Below, in pieces: positions 38,965 to 49,352 of a stretch of 64,000 bases of DNA (its first letter is position 1; every line of letters starts with the position of its first letter). The notes beneath the pieces are model-generated. The model was not told the origin of the DNA. It was given only the letters and a program-made list of their open reading frames with translations, and ran no database searches. Where the stretch lies: the IMG/VR virus record IMGVR_UViG_3300024239_000014, positions 185,641-249,640 of that record. One strand, given 5' to 3'. Made by a program: the position numbers and the translations under genes.

Positions 38965-38976
38965 GGATTTAGGGGC

Positions 38977-39007
38977 AAAAAAAGAGGTCGGGATTACCCG
39001 ACCTCTA
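38977..39007 (-). terminator. intrinsic terminator
   Basis: AGAGGTCGGG-TAAT-CCCGACCTCT followed by a T-run. Confidence 0.8.
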
Positions 39008-39014
39008 CTGGCTG

Positions 39015-39431
39015 TTACTTCTTCTTGTTAGCTTCGTCCAGGTGCGCATTCACTGCAATTTCACAGAGCACATCTGCCACGTATTCGAGGTACGCCTTAA
39101 AGGGTCCGGACACCTCTTCACTCTTAGCGAGTGTCAGCAAAAGACCGCTTGTGTACTCGTACCACTTCTTCACCAATCGAAAATCCTGCGGATATTTCAA
39201 CGTAGCGATCAGATTGCGAAAACCCTCAGCCTGATTATGGGCGGTTGTGTGCTTCAGCATGTAATTGACGATACGCTCACGCACATCGGTCAGGAAGACA
39301 TCAACCCAATCGGCCGAATATTTGGCTTGTTTCTGATGTTCCTTCCACTTAAACAAACCCACACCTACGAGGATGCCGCAGAGTACACCTGCGATTGCGA
39401 GGGAAATCATCATTGCTGTTACTGAGTCCAT
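39015..39431 (-). CDS. N-terminally anchored membrane protein, paralog family member
   Basis: N-terminal MMISLAIAGVLCGILVGVGLF; GGAG RBS. Confidence 0.7.
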   Translation of the reverse strand: MDSVTAMMISLAIAGVLCGILVGVGLFKWKEHQKQAKYSADWVDVFLTDVRERIVNYMLKHTTAHNQAEGFRNLIATLKYPQDFRLVKKWYEYTSGLLLTLAKSEEVSGPFKAYLEYVADVLCEIAVNAHLDEANKKK

Positions 39432-39464
39432 TTTTAGCTCCGGGAAAGTAAACAGGTTAATGTA

Positions 39465-39845
39465 TCAGGCGATCTGTTCCAGGTACGGACCAAAGGCCTC
39501 GTCTCGCGCCAGCAGCACCATCTTCACGGCATCTTTCACCGTGTATGGTAGCTCCACAGCCTCGAGTGCTGAAGCGACGTCAGAGAGCTCCACAGCCCAC
39601 TTCTCGAGAAACACTCGACTGGGCTGTGATGCCAACTCAATGAACTCACCCAGGTGTGGCACCAGACTTTTTTCGTAGAACGCTTCCAGGTATGCCACCG
39701 ACGCTTTGGCTGTATTGTGGTACAGGTCGAACTGCTTACCATACAACGTCGAGATACGAATCGACTGGTAGATGTAGTAGGTGTACGCTAGTATGGCAAC
39801 GATCAATCCTACCACCAACAACTTAATTACAACGACCATCTCCAT
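39465..39845 (-). CDS. N-terminally anchored membrane protein, paralog family member
   Basis: N-terminal VVVIKLLVVGLIVAILAYTYYIY; AAGGAG RBS. Confidence 0.7.
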   Translation of the reverse strand: MEMVVVIKLLVVGLIVAILAYTYYIYQSIRISTLYGKQFDLYHNTAKASVAYLEAFYEKSLVPHLGEFIELASQPSRVFLEKWAVELSDVASALEAVELPYTVKDAVKMVLLARDEAFGPYLEQIA

Positions 39846-39857
39846 TCTCCTTGTTTA

Positions 39858-40190
39858 CTAAACGTACTCCCCGAAATAGGTAGAGCAGTTGGTGATAATG
39901 CGATTAATCGCACCCTTGACATCATCCGGCAGCGGTAGTTCCAGTAGACGGTTATTGAGGTGTTCCATCGTCTTGTACCAGTGCACGAGCGATTGACTGG
40001 TCGGTAGCACGGCGACTTCCGCGAAGGTTTTCAAAACGCGGCTGTTAAGTACCTCGTGGTTATAGCGATCGAGAAAACCGGCATCGGCAATAATCGCTTC
40101 TCGGTAACGGTAGATCACATCCGTGTAGTCGGGTTCTTCAACCGGTCGGGTATTAAAGAAAGACGCAAGCCAGCTAAAAAATGTCAACAT
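39858..40190 (-). CDS. small helical protein, paralog family member
   Basis: Ungapped similarity to the C-terminal half of 39465..39845. Confidence 0.7.
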   Translation of the reverse strand: MLTFFSWLASFFNTRPVEEPDYTDVIYRYREAIIADAGFLDRYNHEVLNSRVLKTFAEVAVLPTSQSLVHWYKTMEHLNNRLLELPLPDDVKGAINRIITNCSTYFGEYV

Positions 40191-40203
40191 AGTGTTCCTT
40201 ATT

Positions 40204-40244
40204 GCGGCATAAGGCGGATGGGAATCCCATCCGCCGTTTATGGG
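40204..40244 (-). terminator. intrinsic terminator
   Basis: GGCGGATGGG/CCCATCCGCC followed by TTATGCCGC. Confidence 0.75.
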
Positions 40245-41771
40245 TTAAATAGAGTACCCGGAATTATACACCAGGTGACTCAAACATTTCCCTTTGAAGT
40301 AGTCCATCTTTCGGTTGTGATAGTCTACGTGTTTAGGGATGTCGCTGCAGAAGATGTAGTAGAACTCCGGGTTAACATCCGGCCAATCTTTCAACCGACG
40401 GAGACGACCTTTGACCTGCTCATTGGCAGAAGGTGAATCCATCGAATTGGACATGATGGCAATCCGTAACCCAGGAATATCCACACCTGTACCGGCAGAC
40501 AAAACCGTTGACACCGTGATGTCATTGGTAAGCATGTCGTCGTAGACATCTTCTTGCGTGTAGCGTCCAATTTTGAGTTGTGGGTACTTAGCACGCAGGC
40601 GCTTCATGTACAACGTACAGAAGTCGACAGAAGACGCAAAGACCAAACAGCGCTGCCCAGGTTCCCTGACTTGGATGTACTTTCGCAGTACGATTTCATC
40701 CAAGAAGGTCATGTACTTCTCGAGGCTGCGTTTGTTCTTCATCAGCCACTGTTCGAATACCACATGGCTGTAAGCCCCCTTGTATCCTTTACAGCGGATC
40801 TTCCGAGGCTCGTCAGCATGGTACGCCAGACCCACCACATTGATGTATCGATCGTACTCCAAACCATCGTAACGGTCGTTCATCGGATAAGCAATCTGCC
40901 GCATCCGACGTAAGAACGCTTCATTGGCATCGAGGGTGGCCGATAAATACACCGCCTTTGTGATGTTCGTGTAGCAATCCATCTTGAAGTTCAGTGCACT
41001 GTTTTTGTGCACTTCATCGATGACTCGATACCCGAGACCTAAGAGTGCGTAGAGCTCCTCGGGACGGCAGACAGTCTCTTCTGCAAACTTGGGATTGGAC
41101 TCGTAGGCCTTAATCAGCAACATGATCGTTGTCGACGTAATGACATACGCCGATGCATGGTTTTCACCGCTGGCTTTGGTCAGCAAGGCTGCCTTCAAGG
41201 CTTTAAGACCTTTGATCAGCAGGATGTCACCACGCTTGTGGTGAAAAACCGTTTCCAGTTCGGTATACCACATGTCGGCATACATCGCCGGTACGACCAC
41301 TGCAAACTTTTCACCAATCTTTGCGGCAGCAAACAACGATGTCTTTGTCTTTCCTTTGCCTGTTTGCATGGTAGCCACACGGATGGACTTACCAGGTTCG
41401 ACCAAGAAATCAACGATGGGTACCTGATAATCAAGTGGCTTGAAATGCTCACGCATCACAAGCGACGAGGCCTCGCCTTTAGGCACATCGTGAAAGGCGT
41501 AGATTAGAGCATGATCGCTGTACCCACAGTCGGTCATGTACCGTTTGAATTCTGGCAGGACGTTTCGATGAAACCAGTATTCGGTCTGGCCATCCGAAAC
41601 TCCGCCAAAAAAGTCGCCAGGCCGTTTTTCAACACGACCTCCAGGTAACCGCTCGAACTCCATCTTGGTAAACGATTCAGCGAACCGTGCCAGACGTGGA
41701 ATGAGTTCGTAGCGGTACCCAGAGACTCGAAAGCCATGGCTGTAGACGTCAACACGACCTCTACATGTCAT
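40245..41771 (-). CDS. SF2 (UvsW-like) DNA helicase (phiKZ gp75-like)
   Basis: QTGKGKT, VIDEVH, SAT, GTGVDIPGL and QVKGRLRR motifs. Confidence 0.85.
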   Translation of the reverse strand: MTCRGRVDVYSHGFRVSGYRYELIPRLARFAESFTKMEFERLPGGRVEKRPGDFFGGVSDGQTEYWFHRNVLPEFKRYMTDCGYSDHALIYAFHDVPKGEASSLVMREHFKPLDYQVPIVDFLVEPGKSIRVATMQTGKGKTKTSLFAAAKIGEKFAVVVPAMYADMWYTELETVFHHKRGDILLIKGLKALKAALLTKASGENHASAYVITSTTIMLLIKAYESNPKFAEETVCRPEELYALLGLGYRVIDEVHKNSALNFKMDCYTNITKAVYLSATLDANEAFLRRMRQIAYPMNDRYDGLEYDRYINVVGLAYHADEPRKIRCKGYKGAYSHVVFEQWLMKNKRSLEKYMTFLDEIVLRKYIQVREPGQRCLVFASSVDFCTLYMKRLRAKYPQLKIGRYTQEDVYDDMLTNDITVSTVLSAGTGVDIPGLRIAIMSNSMDSPSANEQVKGRLRRLKDWPDVNPEFYYIFCSDIPKHVDYHNRKMDYFKGKCLSHLVYNSGYSI

Positions 41772-41777
41772 TGCTTA

Positions 41778-43754
41778 TCACCCCTTTAAGATCGGATCCA
41801 TCGGCGAAGCAGGACGCTGGATGTCCAGATAACTGCTGATCGAATGGATGGTTTCCACTTGTGCTTGGTAGGCCATCGCTGGAGCCAACGATCGCATCCG
41901 CATCAATTCCGTGTACGGTGCAAACTCTGCCTTGTGCCACGGTTTCGGTAACCGGTAATCGTTGTTCGCTTTCGAACGAATCATCGTCGAATAGAGCAAG
42001 ACTTCCAGGTGAACGACGTTAACACTCAGCTTCGTTCCCACAATGTCATGGAACTGCGCCAATACGCTACCGAAGTCAGCAGGATCTGTTGGCTTACCGC
42101 AACGACGCAACGGTGACGTTGCTGTTTTGGTGTGGGCTGCCTTGATGAACTGCTCAACCTCGGTCTTAAACTCCAGCATACTGCGATGTTTCAATGGTAG
42201 ACGGAATACCGGCAGACTGAAGTCCCAATCAGCCAGATCTACCATATACATACCGCTGTCTGCCAGCAATACCCCCTTTTCTTTCATGTAGGCCATGAAT
42301 TCAAAGGTAAAGGACGCCTTGCGCGACCCCATCGATACCGTGACCGGAAATTCCAGGTAGCCACCAGAAGGGCGCTCCGTACGGATACGCACCTCACTCA
42401 TGCTGGCAATGGTTTCACTGCTCACCATCGACAAATCGGACGCAGCTTCCAACTGTGCCAGATTCGGGGCTTCAAGAACATGGAACTTCAGCTTGGCTTG
42501 ACGTTCTTTGAGCTTCTTACGCAAACGCAACCGACCATCCTCATCGGCCACTGACAAATACGGCTCGTCAGCAGGTTGGATGATAAAGTCTTCCACTTTC
42601 ACACCGCTGTCAAGGTGTTTGGTGGACAACGTGATTTGGGTAACGTTCTTGTTAAGCTCCACGCAGGAGGTATGCCCCACGTTAGCACCTTCAGGAACAC
42701 TGAGTGCGATCTCACCGTAACAGGTGGAACACACCCCTTGTTCATCTGGGTGCATACAGCCACGGATTGACCGAAGCTGTACCGTGGTACCGATCATGGT
42801 TTTATCTTTCACGTCCTTGGCCGTAATGACCGCCAGAGTACCATCGTCTTTGACGTAGTACTTACCTTGCAGTTCATCCAGAACCTTCGCGGTCTTGATG
42901 AAATACGGCACCGTGACCTTACTACCGCAATCCGTGTCGTGATGAAGGTTCATGACGACACCAGCTTCCAGCTGGATTTCACGGTTGTAGTACTGAACCT
43001 TCTGAAGAGGCGTCTTGGTGAACATCAACGCTTTAGACGCTGACCGCGATTCCACCATGCTGTCATACAACGACACCAGACCTTCTGAGAAGTTCGTGGT
43101 TACAGGGATCGGGAACACCGTTGAATCTACGGCGGTCCGCAAACCAATTGGACCGAAACATTGGGCAACCTGACCGTCAGACACCAGCGCACAGCGCACG
43201 GCCTCGGCAATGCGATTGCCGTCTAACTCCGTCTGGTCTTTGAGAACCTTCAGGATTCCGTCTTGCGCCGTCTTGATGGATTCGTAATACGGTTTAACTT
43301 CCTTATTAAACCGCATCACGGTTGGGTGGTCGAGGACTTCAAGCACATCGTCAGCGTCAATCGTTACCACGTAATCCTCGAGGTTATTCGCCACGAAGTT
43401 GTAGATTCGATTGATGACTTCATAACCGACTCGCCAGTATTCACTGACTGGGAGCACCGTGGGTTCGCCGCGGCGCTTGCGGTACAAAATCACTTCTGTC
43501 ATGCACTCACCAAGCAACTTCAGCTGCAAGGACTGGGTGAAGTCCTTGTTACCGACATGGTGCTTGTCCTTCATCGGTACACCTTGATCGATCCGGAAGA
43601 ATTCCCAGAAGTACCAGCTCAGGATGGTGGCCCGAGCTGTGGTGAACAGCTCGGTAGCGTCATCGAAAACAATGGTAAGCGGACCGTCCGGCAACGCGTG
43701 AATCTGGTCTTCCGAGTATGCCATCAGTTCTCTTGATGTAAAGCTTACCATCAT
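41778..43754 (-). CDS. nvRNAP beta' C-terminal subunit (phiKZ gp74-like)
   Basis: RSIRGC...GVCSTCYG Zn site; QITLSTKH trigger-loop-like motif; bridge-helix-like LYDSMVESRSASKAL. Confidence 0.85.
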   Translation of the reverse strand: MMVSFTSRELMAYSEDQIHALPDGPLTIVFDDATELFTTARATILSWYFWEFFRIDQGVPMKDKHHVGNKDFTQSLQLKLLGECMTEVILYRKRRGEPTVLPVSEYWRVGYEVINRIYNFVANNLEDYVVTIDADDVLEVLDHPTVMRFNKEVKPYYESIKTAQDGILKVLKDQTELDGNRIAEAVRCALVSDGQVAQCFGPIGLRTAVDSTVFPIPVTTNFSEGLVSLYDSMVESRSASKALMFTKTPLQKVQYYNREIQLEAGVVMNLHHDTDCGSKVTVPYFIKTAKVLDELQGKYYVKDDGTLAVITAKDVKDKTMIGTTVQLRSIRGCMHPDEQGVCSTCYGEIALSVPEGANVGHTSCVELNKNVTQITLSTKHLDSGVKVEDFIIQPADEPYLSVADEDGRLRLRKKLKERQAKLKFHVLEAPNLAQLEAASDLSMVSSETIASMSEVRIRTERPSGGYLEFPVTVSMGSRKASFTFEFMAYMKEKGVLLADSGMYMVDLADWDFSLPVFRLPLKHRSMLEFKTEVEQFIKAAHTKTATSPLRRCGKPTDPADFGSVLAQFHDIVGTKLSVNVVHLEVLLYSTMIRSKANNDYRLPKPWHKAEFAPYTELMRMRSLAPAMAYQAQVETIHSISSYLDIQRPASPMDPILKG

Positions 43755-45892
43755 TTTCCTCCTTCTTCTGGGAATATGTAGCGGGCGCCGCCGCAGCGCA
43801 CCAGGTGTTTGACAAACCCGAGCGCACGGTTATTGCCGTGAGGCGCCTGCTGCATATCGCGCACTTTCATGATATTGGTTGGCGTACCTGCTGTCAGGAT
43901 ATTCCGAACCACATGTTTGTGCACTTGTGGCGCATTGGTCATGTCGAGCAACTCTGCTACAGTGTCACCACCGCATGCCGCTGCCAACAACCGAGCCTCA
44001 TCTTCACCCAAGAACCGCACCGGCGACTCATGCCCTGGTGTCGACTGTTTATCCAGTCGGCTCAGCTTGGCAGGAATACCGAAGTGCTGCAACCTGGGTG
44101 ATGATACCGACGACCAATCATCGCCAGTTTTCTCCAGCACGATGATGTACATGCTGCCAATCAGGACCTTGCGAATGGTCTTGATCATCTTGCCGCTATT
44201 ACCTCGGTACGCCACCGGAGATTTCGGCGGTCTGAACCCAACGGCCTTGAGCCGGCGGATCTGCTCGGCACCAGCAACCGAACTATTAGGCGGCAGGAAT
44301 CGAACGATCTCGCTTTTGCGGATGCAATCCAAATGGTACTGCACCGCTTCATCGTAGCGACCCTTCTGGCGTTCCTGTTCCAGATATTCGGTCATCATGG
44401 TCCAGTGTTCCGGATACCCTGCCTTGTAATAGTTGCAAATGTACCGCCATGCACCTTGGAGATTGCCGCTATCGAGCAGTGCGAGTACGGTCTGACGCAC
44501 ATGCCACGACAACGCATTGGTCCAATGCTCGTAGAGGCGTCCCATGTTCATGCGCTTGATCGTCGAGTCGCCATCGAGTACCAGATCGGCACGACGACCC
44601 CACTGATCCACCGGCATGTCTTCATCCTTGAGGACTTCGACGATTACACCCTTGCCGCCATGCGTGTCCGTTACCTTAAAACCGATGGTAGGTACCAGGG
44701 TGTATTGGTAAGTGAACTCGATTCGCCAGTCGTCGACAGGGGTTTGTTTGTACGTGAATTGGAGTTTGTGGCCATTAGGCACTTTCCCCAATCGCGCATA
44801 TGCTTCGACCAGTTTCCGCTGGAAGCGAGGACTGAGTGGTGGTTCCATACCACCGCACATCTTCTTCAAGCGGTAGTAACACCCCACCAAGCGGTCAAAG
44901 TACTGACGATGTTGTTCGTTGTACTTTTCAAACTGCGATTCCATCCCCACAGGAAGCCGATCGTTCATGTTCCGATGTTGACCACCGAACCAGACATCGA
45001 CATCCGTAATGATCGCACCAGCCTTACCACGAATAGGTCGGTCAAAGGCATAATCAATCCTGCGTAATGCCTTTGGTGTCATGTTCACCGGCGCCATCAT
45101 CGGATCAAAACGACGCAGTGCCATGATCATGCCGTGATCGGCAATAGGTTCGCCGACATCCGGGAATGGTTTATAATGACGATCATCACCATAGAGGTTT
45201 AGCGGCACAAACCGACCGCCGCATTGCGCAACGGCTTTCTTGATAGCGGTGAAAGAAGCCTTCTTGCAGAAGGACTCGGAGGCACGAATACCGTCTTCGA
45301 TAATTGCCGGAACCGACATAAACGCTACGTTGGTTTCAGTGCCGTAGGTCCAGTCACCGTGTTCAGTCACGTTGGGAGACTGCTTCAGGATGGTGTTGTC
45401 AGGAAACACCATGTCCGGTGCAATCATCTGATAAGCTGGAGTGTTTTTGAACCGGTAGCCGTAACTCTGGTGCATGATGTGGTGGTCATCAAGTTCCAGC
45501 AAATCGTACAAAACATTTCCGTCTTCGTCAGAGGTTCCCAGTACCAGTGTGGTACACGGGTTGTAGTTCACTGCAAATTCGGTAATACCACCACGAAACC
45601 GAGGAATGTATTCAATGACACGACTTTCACGTTCGATCTTGCGATTGAACACATACTTGCCGTATTCGCGTTCAGCGCCCGATTGAATCAAGCGAACAGT
45701 TGCACCTTCAATAACCGGCATCTGACCCAGGTGGGATGTAAACATCTGCAGGCGTGACGGCGAAATGGTTGAAACAAACGGATTGAGGCCGACAGCGGTG
45801 CCGAGTAGCCGCGGATGAAGTTCGTTCTTGCGCATGTGGGGTGGTAGTTCTAACTCCACATGAGTTAGATCGAGGTCTTCGTGATTCAACAT
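43751..45892 (-). CDS. nvRNAP beta C-terminal subunit (phiKZ gp71-73-like), uninterrupted
   Basis: IIEDG, GFKVTDTHGGKGVI, RMNMG and RFLGEDEARL beta motifs. Confidence 0.9.
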   Translation of the reverse strand: MLNHEDLDLTHVELELPPHMRKNELHPRLLGTAVGLNPFVSTISPSRLQMFTSHLGQMPVIEGATVRLIQSGAEREYGKYVFNRKIERESRVIEYIPRFRGGITEFAVNYNPCTTLVLGTSDEDGNVLYDLLELDDHHIMHQSYGYRFKNTPAYQMIAPDMVFPDNTILKQSPNVTEHGDWTYGTETNVAFMSVPAIIEDGIRASESFCKKASFTAIKKAVAQCGGRFVPLNLYGDDRHYKPFPDVGEPIADHGMIMALRRFDPMMAPVNMTPKALRRIDYAFDRPIRGKAGAIITDVDVWFGGQHRNMNDRLPVGMESQFEKYNEQHRQYFDRLVGCYYRLKKMCGGMEPPLSPRFQRKLVEAYARLGKVPNGHKLQFTYKQTPVDDWRIEFTYQYTLVPTIGFKVTDTHGGKGVIVEVLKDEDMPVDQWGRRADLVLDGDSTIKRMNMGRLYEHWTNALSWHVRQTVLALLDSGNLQGAWRYICNYYKAGYPEHWTMMTEYLEQERQKGRYDEAVQYHLDCIRKSEIVRFLPPNSSVAGAEQIRRLKAVGFRPPKSPVAYRGNSGKMIKTIRKVLIGSMYIIVLEKTGDDWSSVSSPRLQHFGIPAKLSRLDKQSTPGHESPVRFLGEDEARLLAAACGGDTVAELLDMTNAPQVHKHVVRNILTAGTPTNIMKVRDMQQAPHGNNRALGFVKHLVRCGGARYIFPEEGGK

Positions 45893-45927
45893 ACCTGCGA
45901 CTCCTTGTTGTTCTTCTAGCCTTTTAA

Positions 45928-45955
45928 TGATATAGTTCTAAGAGTTCGAGGGATT
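45928..45955 (-). promoter_or_regulatory. putative early promoter for the nvRNAP beta/beta' operon
   Basis: AATCC-CTCGAAC-TCT-TAGAAC-TATAT-CA; overlaps the RBS of the divergent gene starting at 45957. Confidence 0.7.
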
Positions 45956-45956
45956 T

Positions 45957-46295
45957 ATGTTCAAAATTCAATCCTCGCTGCGGTCCAGCGGAAATACCAT
46001 GTACTACGATCCCGGCTTTCGCAAGGTGATCGAAGACCACATTCCCTGGTTGATTCAACGCAGCCAGGGTAGAATCCTGACAGTGCCAAAAACAGATCTG
46101 GTCAAGCATCAGTACGACCTATCAGGGTTTCTGAATGCATCAAATATTCTGCCTGACCAGCATTGGGCGATTATGCGAGTTAACGGGATGTATTCGAACT
46201 ATGACTTTGATGGCACAGTCACAGAGCTCATGGTCCCGAACACAACCGACCTGGAAGATTTACGCCGGCGGTACATGTCTACATATAACGTGTAG
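45957..46295 (+). CDS. small conserved protein, possibly LysM-like baseplate wedge component
   Basis: 112 aa; YDLSGFL...HWAIMRVNG pattern recalls LysM-like tail proteins (inference). Confidence 0.5.
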   Translation: MFKIQSSLRSSGNTMYYDPGFRKVIEDHIPWLIQRSQGRILTVPKTDLVKHQYDLSGFLNASNILPDQHWAIMRVNGMYSNYDFDGTVTELMVPNTTDLEDLRRRYMSTYNV

Positions 46296-46332
46296 TCCTG
46301 TAACTTTAGACGTTCCTCTAGTCGATTGTGTG

Positions 46333-46372
46333 AAAAAAGAAGGGAGGGCCAGAAGGCCCTCCCACTATGCCG
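46333..46372. terminator. bidirectional terminator
   Basis: GGGAGGGCC-AGAA-GGCCCTCCC; + strand tail CTATGCCG; A-run upstream. Confidence 0.75.
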
Positions 46373-47830
46373 TTACCGGTTATAAATCGGAATAGGCACA
46401 CCCTGACCAGGGTATCCAGCAGGAATTGCACGACCATCCGGACCCCGCATTACCTGAGGCTGTTGTGGATAACCGGCAGGCTGAGGGTACAATGGTTGTT
46501 GCGGATACAACGGCGCTTGCGGATAACCGCCAGGATAACCTTGGGGTGCTTGCACCTGAGGATATCCCATCACCTGCGGTGCACCGTAAGGTGCGACAGG
46601 AGCGGCTGGCGTATTAGCAGGAATGCCAAACCAACCAGCACGCGGGTCCTGTTGGACAGGTTGCTGGTAATTCAACATCGGCTGCGGATACGGTGATGCC
46701 ACTACCGGTGGTGCCATATTCAGCGCACCAGGACGATACGGCTGAACACCAGTCGGACTAGGTGGAGCCACCTGTTCCTGCTGGAGTCTGTCCCACTCTT
46801 CCTGTACATCCACTTGCGGTACGACATGCATCGGACGCTCCGGCGCTGGAGCAGAGGGTTGTACAGGCCGTGCCAATTCCACCTTGTCTGCTGCCATTCG
46901 GCCCAGTTGCCGTTGCCGTGGTGTAGCTGCTGGTTGCGCCTTTTCTTCCTCGGTTACTTGGCCGGTGTTGTAGTCCAGCGCTTCCAGGATATTCGAATAA
47001 CCGGTCAAGTCTTCCAGTTCCGATTCCCAGTTGGTGTCGAACTCCAACAGTGAGATTTCAGAATCCATGTTGGCAAACAGACGAATGTGGTGATTCATCC
47101 GCTTAACCAACTTGAATGCTGACCCCATCAGACACTCCAGGTACGGCGCCGTCATCTTGTTGGTGCCGTAGTGGTACGCCTCGAGCGTTTCAGGTTCGCC
47201 GTCGATCACCCCAAAGAGGTAATAGAACAACGCCTTAATCGCACCGTAGTCACCGACGTTACACTTAACACCGAAGATGGTTTTGGCTTCGTCATCCATG
47301 GCATCAAAGACTGGGAAGTTCACCACACAGAGACGGTGATACTTGACACCTTTCAGCATCCCAGGACGCTTCAGGTACATGTTCACGATCAGTTTGTGGT
47401 TATCGGCGCCCAGTTGGTCAAGGATCTTGCCCATGGTCACCATGGTCGATTCCTTGGCCTTCGGCATCAGTGTCAGGAATTCCGATGCCTTAGCACCCAG
47501 ACGTTTGTGGCAGCTATGGTCAGCAGCCACTTTCGTCATGAACTCCAACAACTGACTGGCTGTGTGGTTAATGCGAAAGATAATCAGCGAGCGCAGTCGC
47601 TTCAGTACTTCCGATTCACCGCGGTGCGGCTTTTCTGACATCGGATGGAATGCGATGTAGTTATCCCAATCCGGGTTACGGAGGAATTCGCGGGTGGGAA
47701 GACGGAGTTTCTTCCCACCAACGGTAACGGGTTCTTCATCGCCATCCAGAGTGGCGACCACCACACCGTCGGCGTTAGGTGCGACACCTGCCAGTCCCAA
47801 GATGGCTTTATAGAAGTCGAGCAATTCCAT
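46373..47830 (-). CDS. conserved core protein (phiKZ gp70 position) with P/Q/Y/G low-complexity tail
   Basis: 485 aa; IAFHPMSE...GESEV motif; follows the PicA-like gene. Confidence 0.7.
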   Translation of the reverse strand: MELLDFYKAILGLAGVAPNADGVVVATLDGDEEPVTVGGKKLRLPTREFLRNPDWDNYIAFHPMSEKPHRGESEVLKRLRSLIIFRINHTASQLLEFMTKVAADHSCHKRLGAKASEFLTLMPKAKESTMVTMGKILDQLGADNHKLIVNMYLKRPGMLKGVKYHRLCVVNFPVFDAMDDEAKTIFGVKCNVGDYGAIKALFYYLFGVIDGEPETLEAYHYGTNKMTAPYLECLMGSAFKLVKRMNHHIRLFANMDSEISLLEFDTNWESELEDLTGYSNILEALDYNTGQVTEEEKAQPAATPRQRQLGRMAADKVELARPVQPSAPAPERPMHVVPQVDVQEEWDRLQQEQVAPPSPTGVQPYRPGALNMAPPVVASPYPQPMLNYQQPVQQDPRAGWFGIPANTPAAPVAPYGAPQVMGYPQVQAPQGYPGGYPQAPLYPQQPLYPQPAGYPQQPQVMRGPDGRAIPAGYPGQGVPIPIYNR

Positions 47831-49335
47831 TAGTAAAACCCTCCGCTTTGTTGAGCGATGCCGACCGGTTGAACGATCTGCGAAGCGATACCCATCAGGT
47901 CATTGGCCATCCCTTGAAGATGGTTGTAATCTGAAGTCATCACCGGTGAGAACAACTGGCCAGCATACAGCGGTGCAACGTAATCCACCGGATGCTGACC
48001 ATTCATGGCGATAGACACCCAGAGATCACCCGTCAAGCGAGCATCCACGGTGAGGTTAACCGCATACAGGCCATTCTGCGTGATGGCGCTGAAGATCTCG
48101 TGAATGAACTGCATCTGGAACACGTTAAGTGCTGGTGCCATGTTCATCGTTTCGTAGAAGCCCTGACCACCCACACCTGGCACCCACTGGAAAGCAGGTT
48201 GTCCATCCAAAGTGCAGTTGGTGACACTGAACGCCACACGAGTCAGCAGTAGTCGTCCCATCAATGCCGGTACCGACTGAGCCAGGATGGTTGCCGCAAC
48301 CGTTTCATTGGTTGCAGACGTCCAGAACTCAGTTTGACCCTGACGGTGAACACGCTGTATGTTATTCTGCGACAACGGAATCACCATCGTGATGCTGTCA
48401 GAAACCACGTTGGGGTCGAGCATCTTCAGCTCACGCCAGCTAAAGAACCCTGCACCCACCTGAGTCAGCATGGTGTTTTTGGACAAAATGTTCAGCAGCG
48501 GGTTTGCTGACCAGTTTGCATCGCGAACCACACCAATGCCGGGGTTGGATGACGGGAACGCCTCACCAGCAAGCATCTCGTACGGGTCAGAAACAGACCG
48601 CGCCGTCTCGGCAATCAACGCCTTGCTCAAATAAGCCGATGGCATGTTATTGTCGATCGAGGACAGTTTGTTACCATCGTAGAAGGTGGACGGGGTGTGA
48701 CGAATGTCGGCCGCACCATGGGACCCCAGGTGAACCAGTTCCGATGTGGCATGAAGAGAAGCCACATCTGACGGACGCATGGAGAAGTCATTGGGCAGCG
48801 ACGCAGGTTGACCAATCGAAGGCACTGGGGCATTCCAGGTCTGGTTTGGCTGGTTCCAGTTACCGCGCAGTACTTGGCTGACGTTCACCGGCATTGCCTG
48901 AGCCCCCAGCGAAGTCTGTGCCAGCCGCACTGTGATGACGTTGTCAACGTAGAACTTCATTTCTGGTGGTAAGTCACCGCCGGAGCTCCAGTCGCACGCA
49001 TCAGTGTAACCGCTCAGAATGTATTCTTCGCTCTGAGTCAGGCCGTTGTTAACGATCACTGACATGAAGAACAGAAACCGCGACGTTCCCCAGCCATTAT
49101 CGATTATGGCGTGCTGATTGGTCTGAGCTGCGGGACGCAGCATCGACCCGGCAACAGCAGCAACATGGCTGCGGTCGATTTGAGTACCGCCCAGGGTATC
49201 GTCGTGCAGGCGGTTCATCAGCGACGTATCGCCTGTCAAGTGGTACGGTCGACGCATCATGTCGTTGTACGTCCCCGTCTGCATCATCATCAGACGTTTG
49301 ACAGCCAGCTTACTGGGGAACTGTGAATTAAGCAT
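47830..49335 (-). CDS. picA: nuclear protein import factor PicA/Imp1-like (phiKZ gp69 position)
   Basis: 501 aa, immediately after the gp68-like gene. QTGTYNDMMRRPY, IDNGWGTSRFLFFM and RPSDV motifs. Call rests on synteny and recalled motifs. Confidence 0.7.
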   Translation of the reverse strand: MLNSQFPSKLAVKRLMMMQTGTYNDMMRRPYHLTGDTSLMNRLHDDTLGGTQIDRSHVAAVAGSMLRPAAQTNQHAIIDNGWGTSRFLFFMSVIVNNGLTQSEEYILSGYTDACDWSSGGDLPPEMKFYVDNVITVRLAQTSLGAQAMPVNVSQVLRGNWNQPNQTWNAPVPSIGQPASLPNDFSMRPSDVASLHATSELVHLGSHGAADIRHTPSTFYDGNKLSSIDNNMPSAYLSKALIAETARSVSDPYEMLAGEAFPSSNPGIGVVRDANWSANPLLNILSKNTMLTQVGAGFFSWRELKMLDPNVVSDSITMVIPLSQNNIQRVHRQGQTEFWTSATNETVAATILAQSVPALMGRLLLTRVAFSVTNCTLDGQPAFQWVPGVGGQGFYETMNMAPALNVFQMQFIHEIFSAITQNGLYAVNLTVDARLTGDLWVSIAMNGQHPVDYVAPLYAGQLFSPVMTSDYNHLQGMANDLMGIASQIVQPVGIAQQSGGFY

Positions 49336-49352
49336 AACGTTTCCTCGGTGGT

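Noticed and set aside
41778-45892. Intron or intein in the gp71-73- and gp74-like RNAP genes
   Set aside because: Both ORFs are continuous, of expected size, and show no P/Q/R/S or intein motifs.
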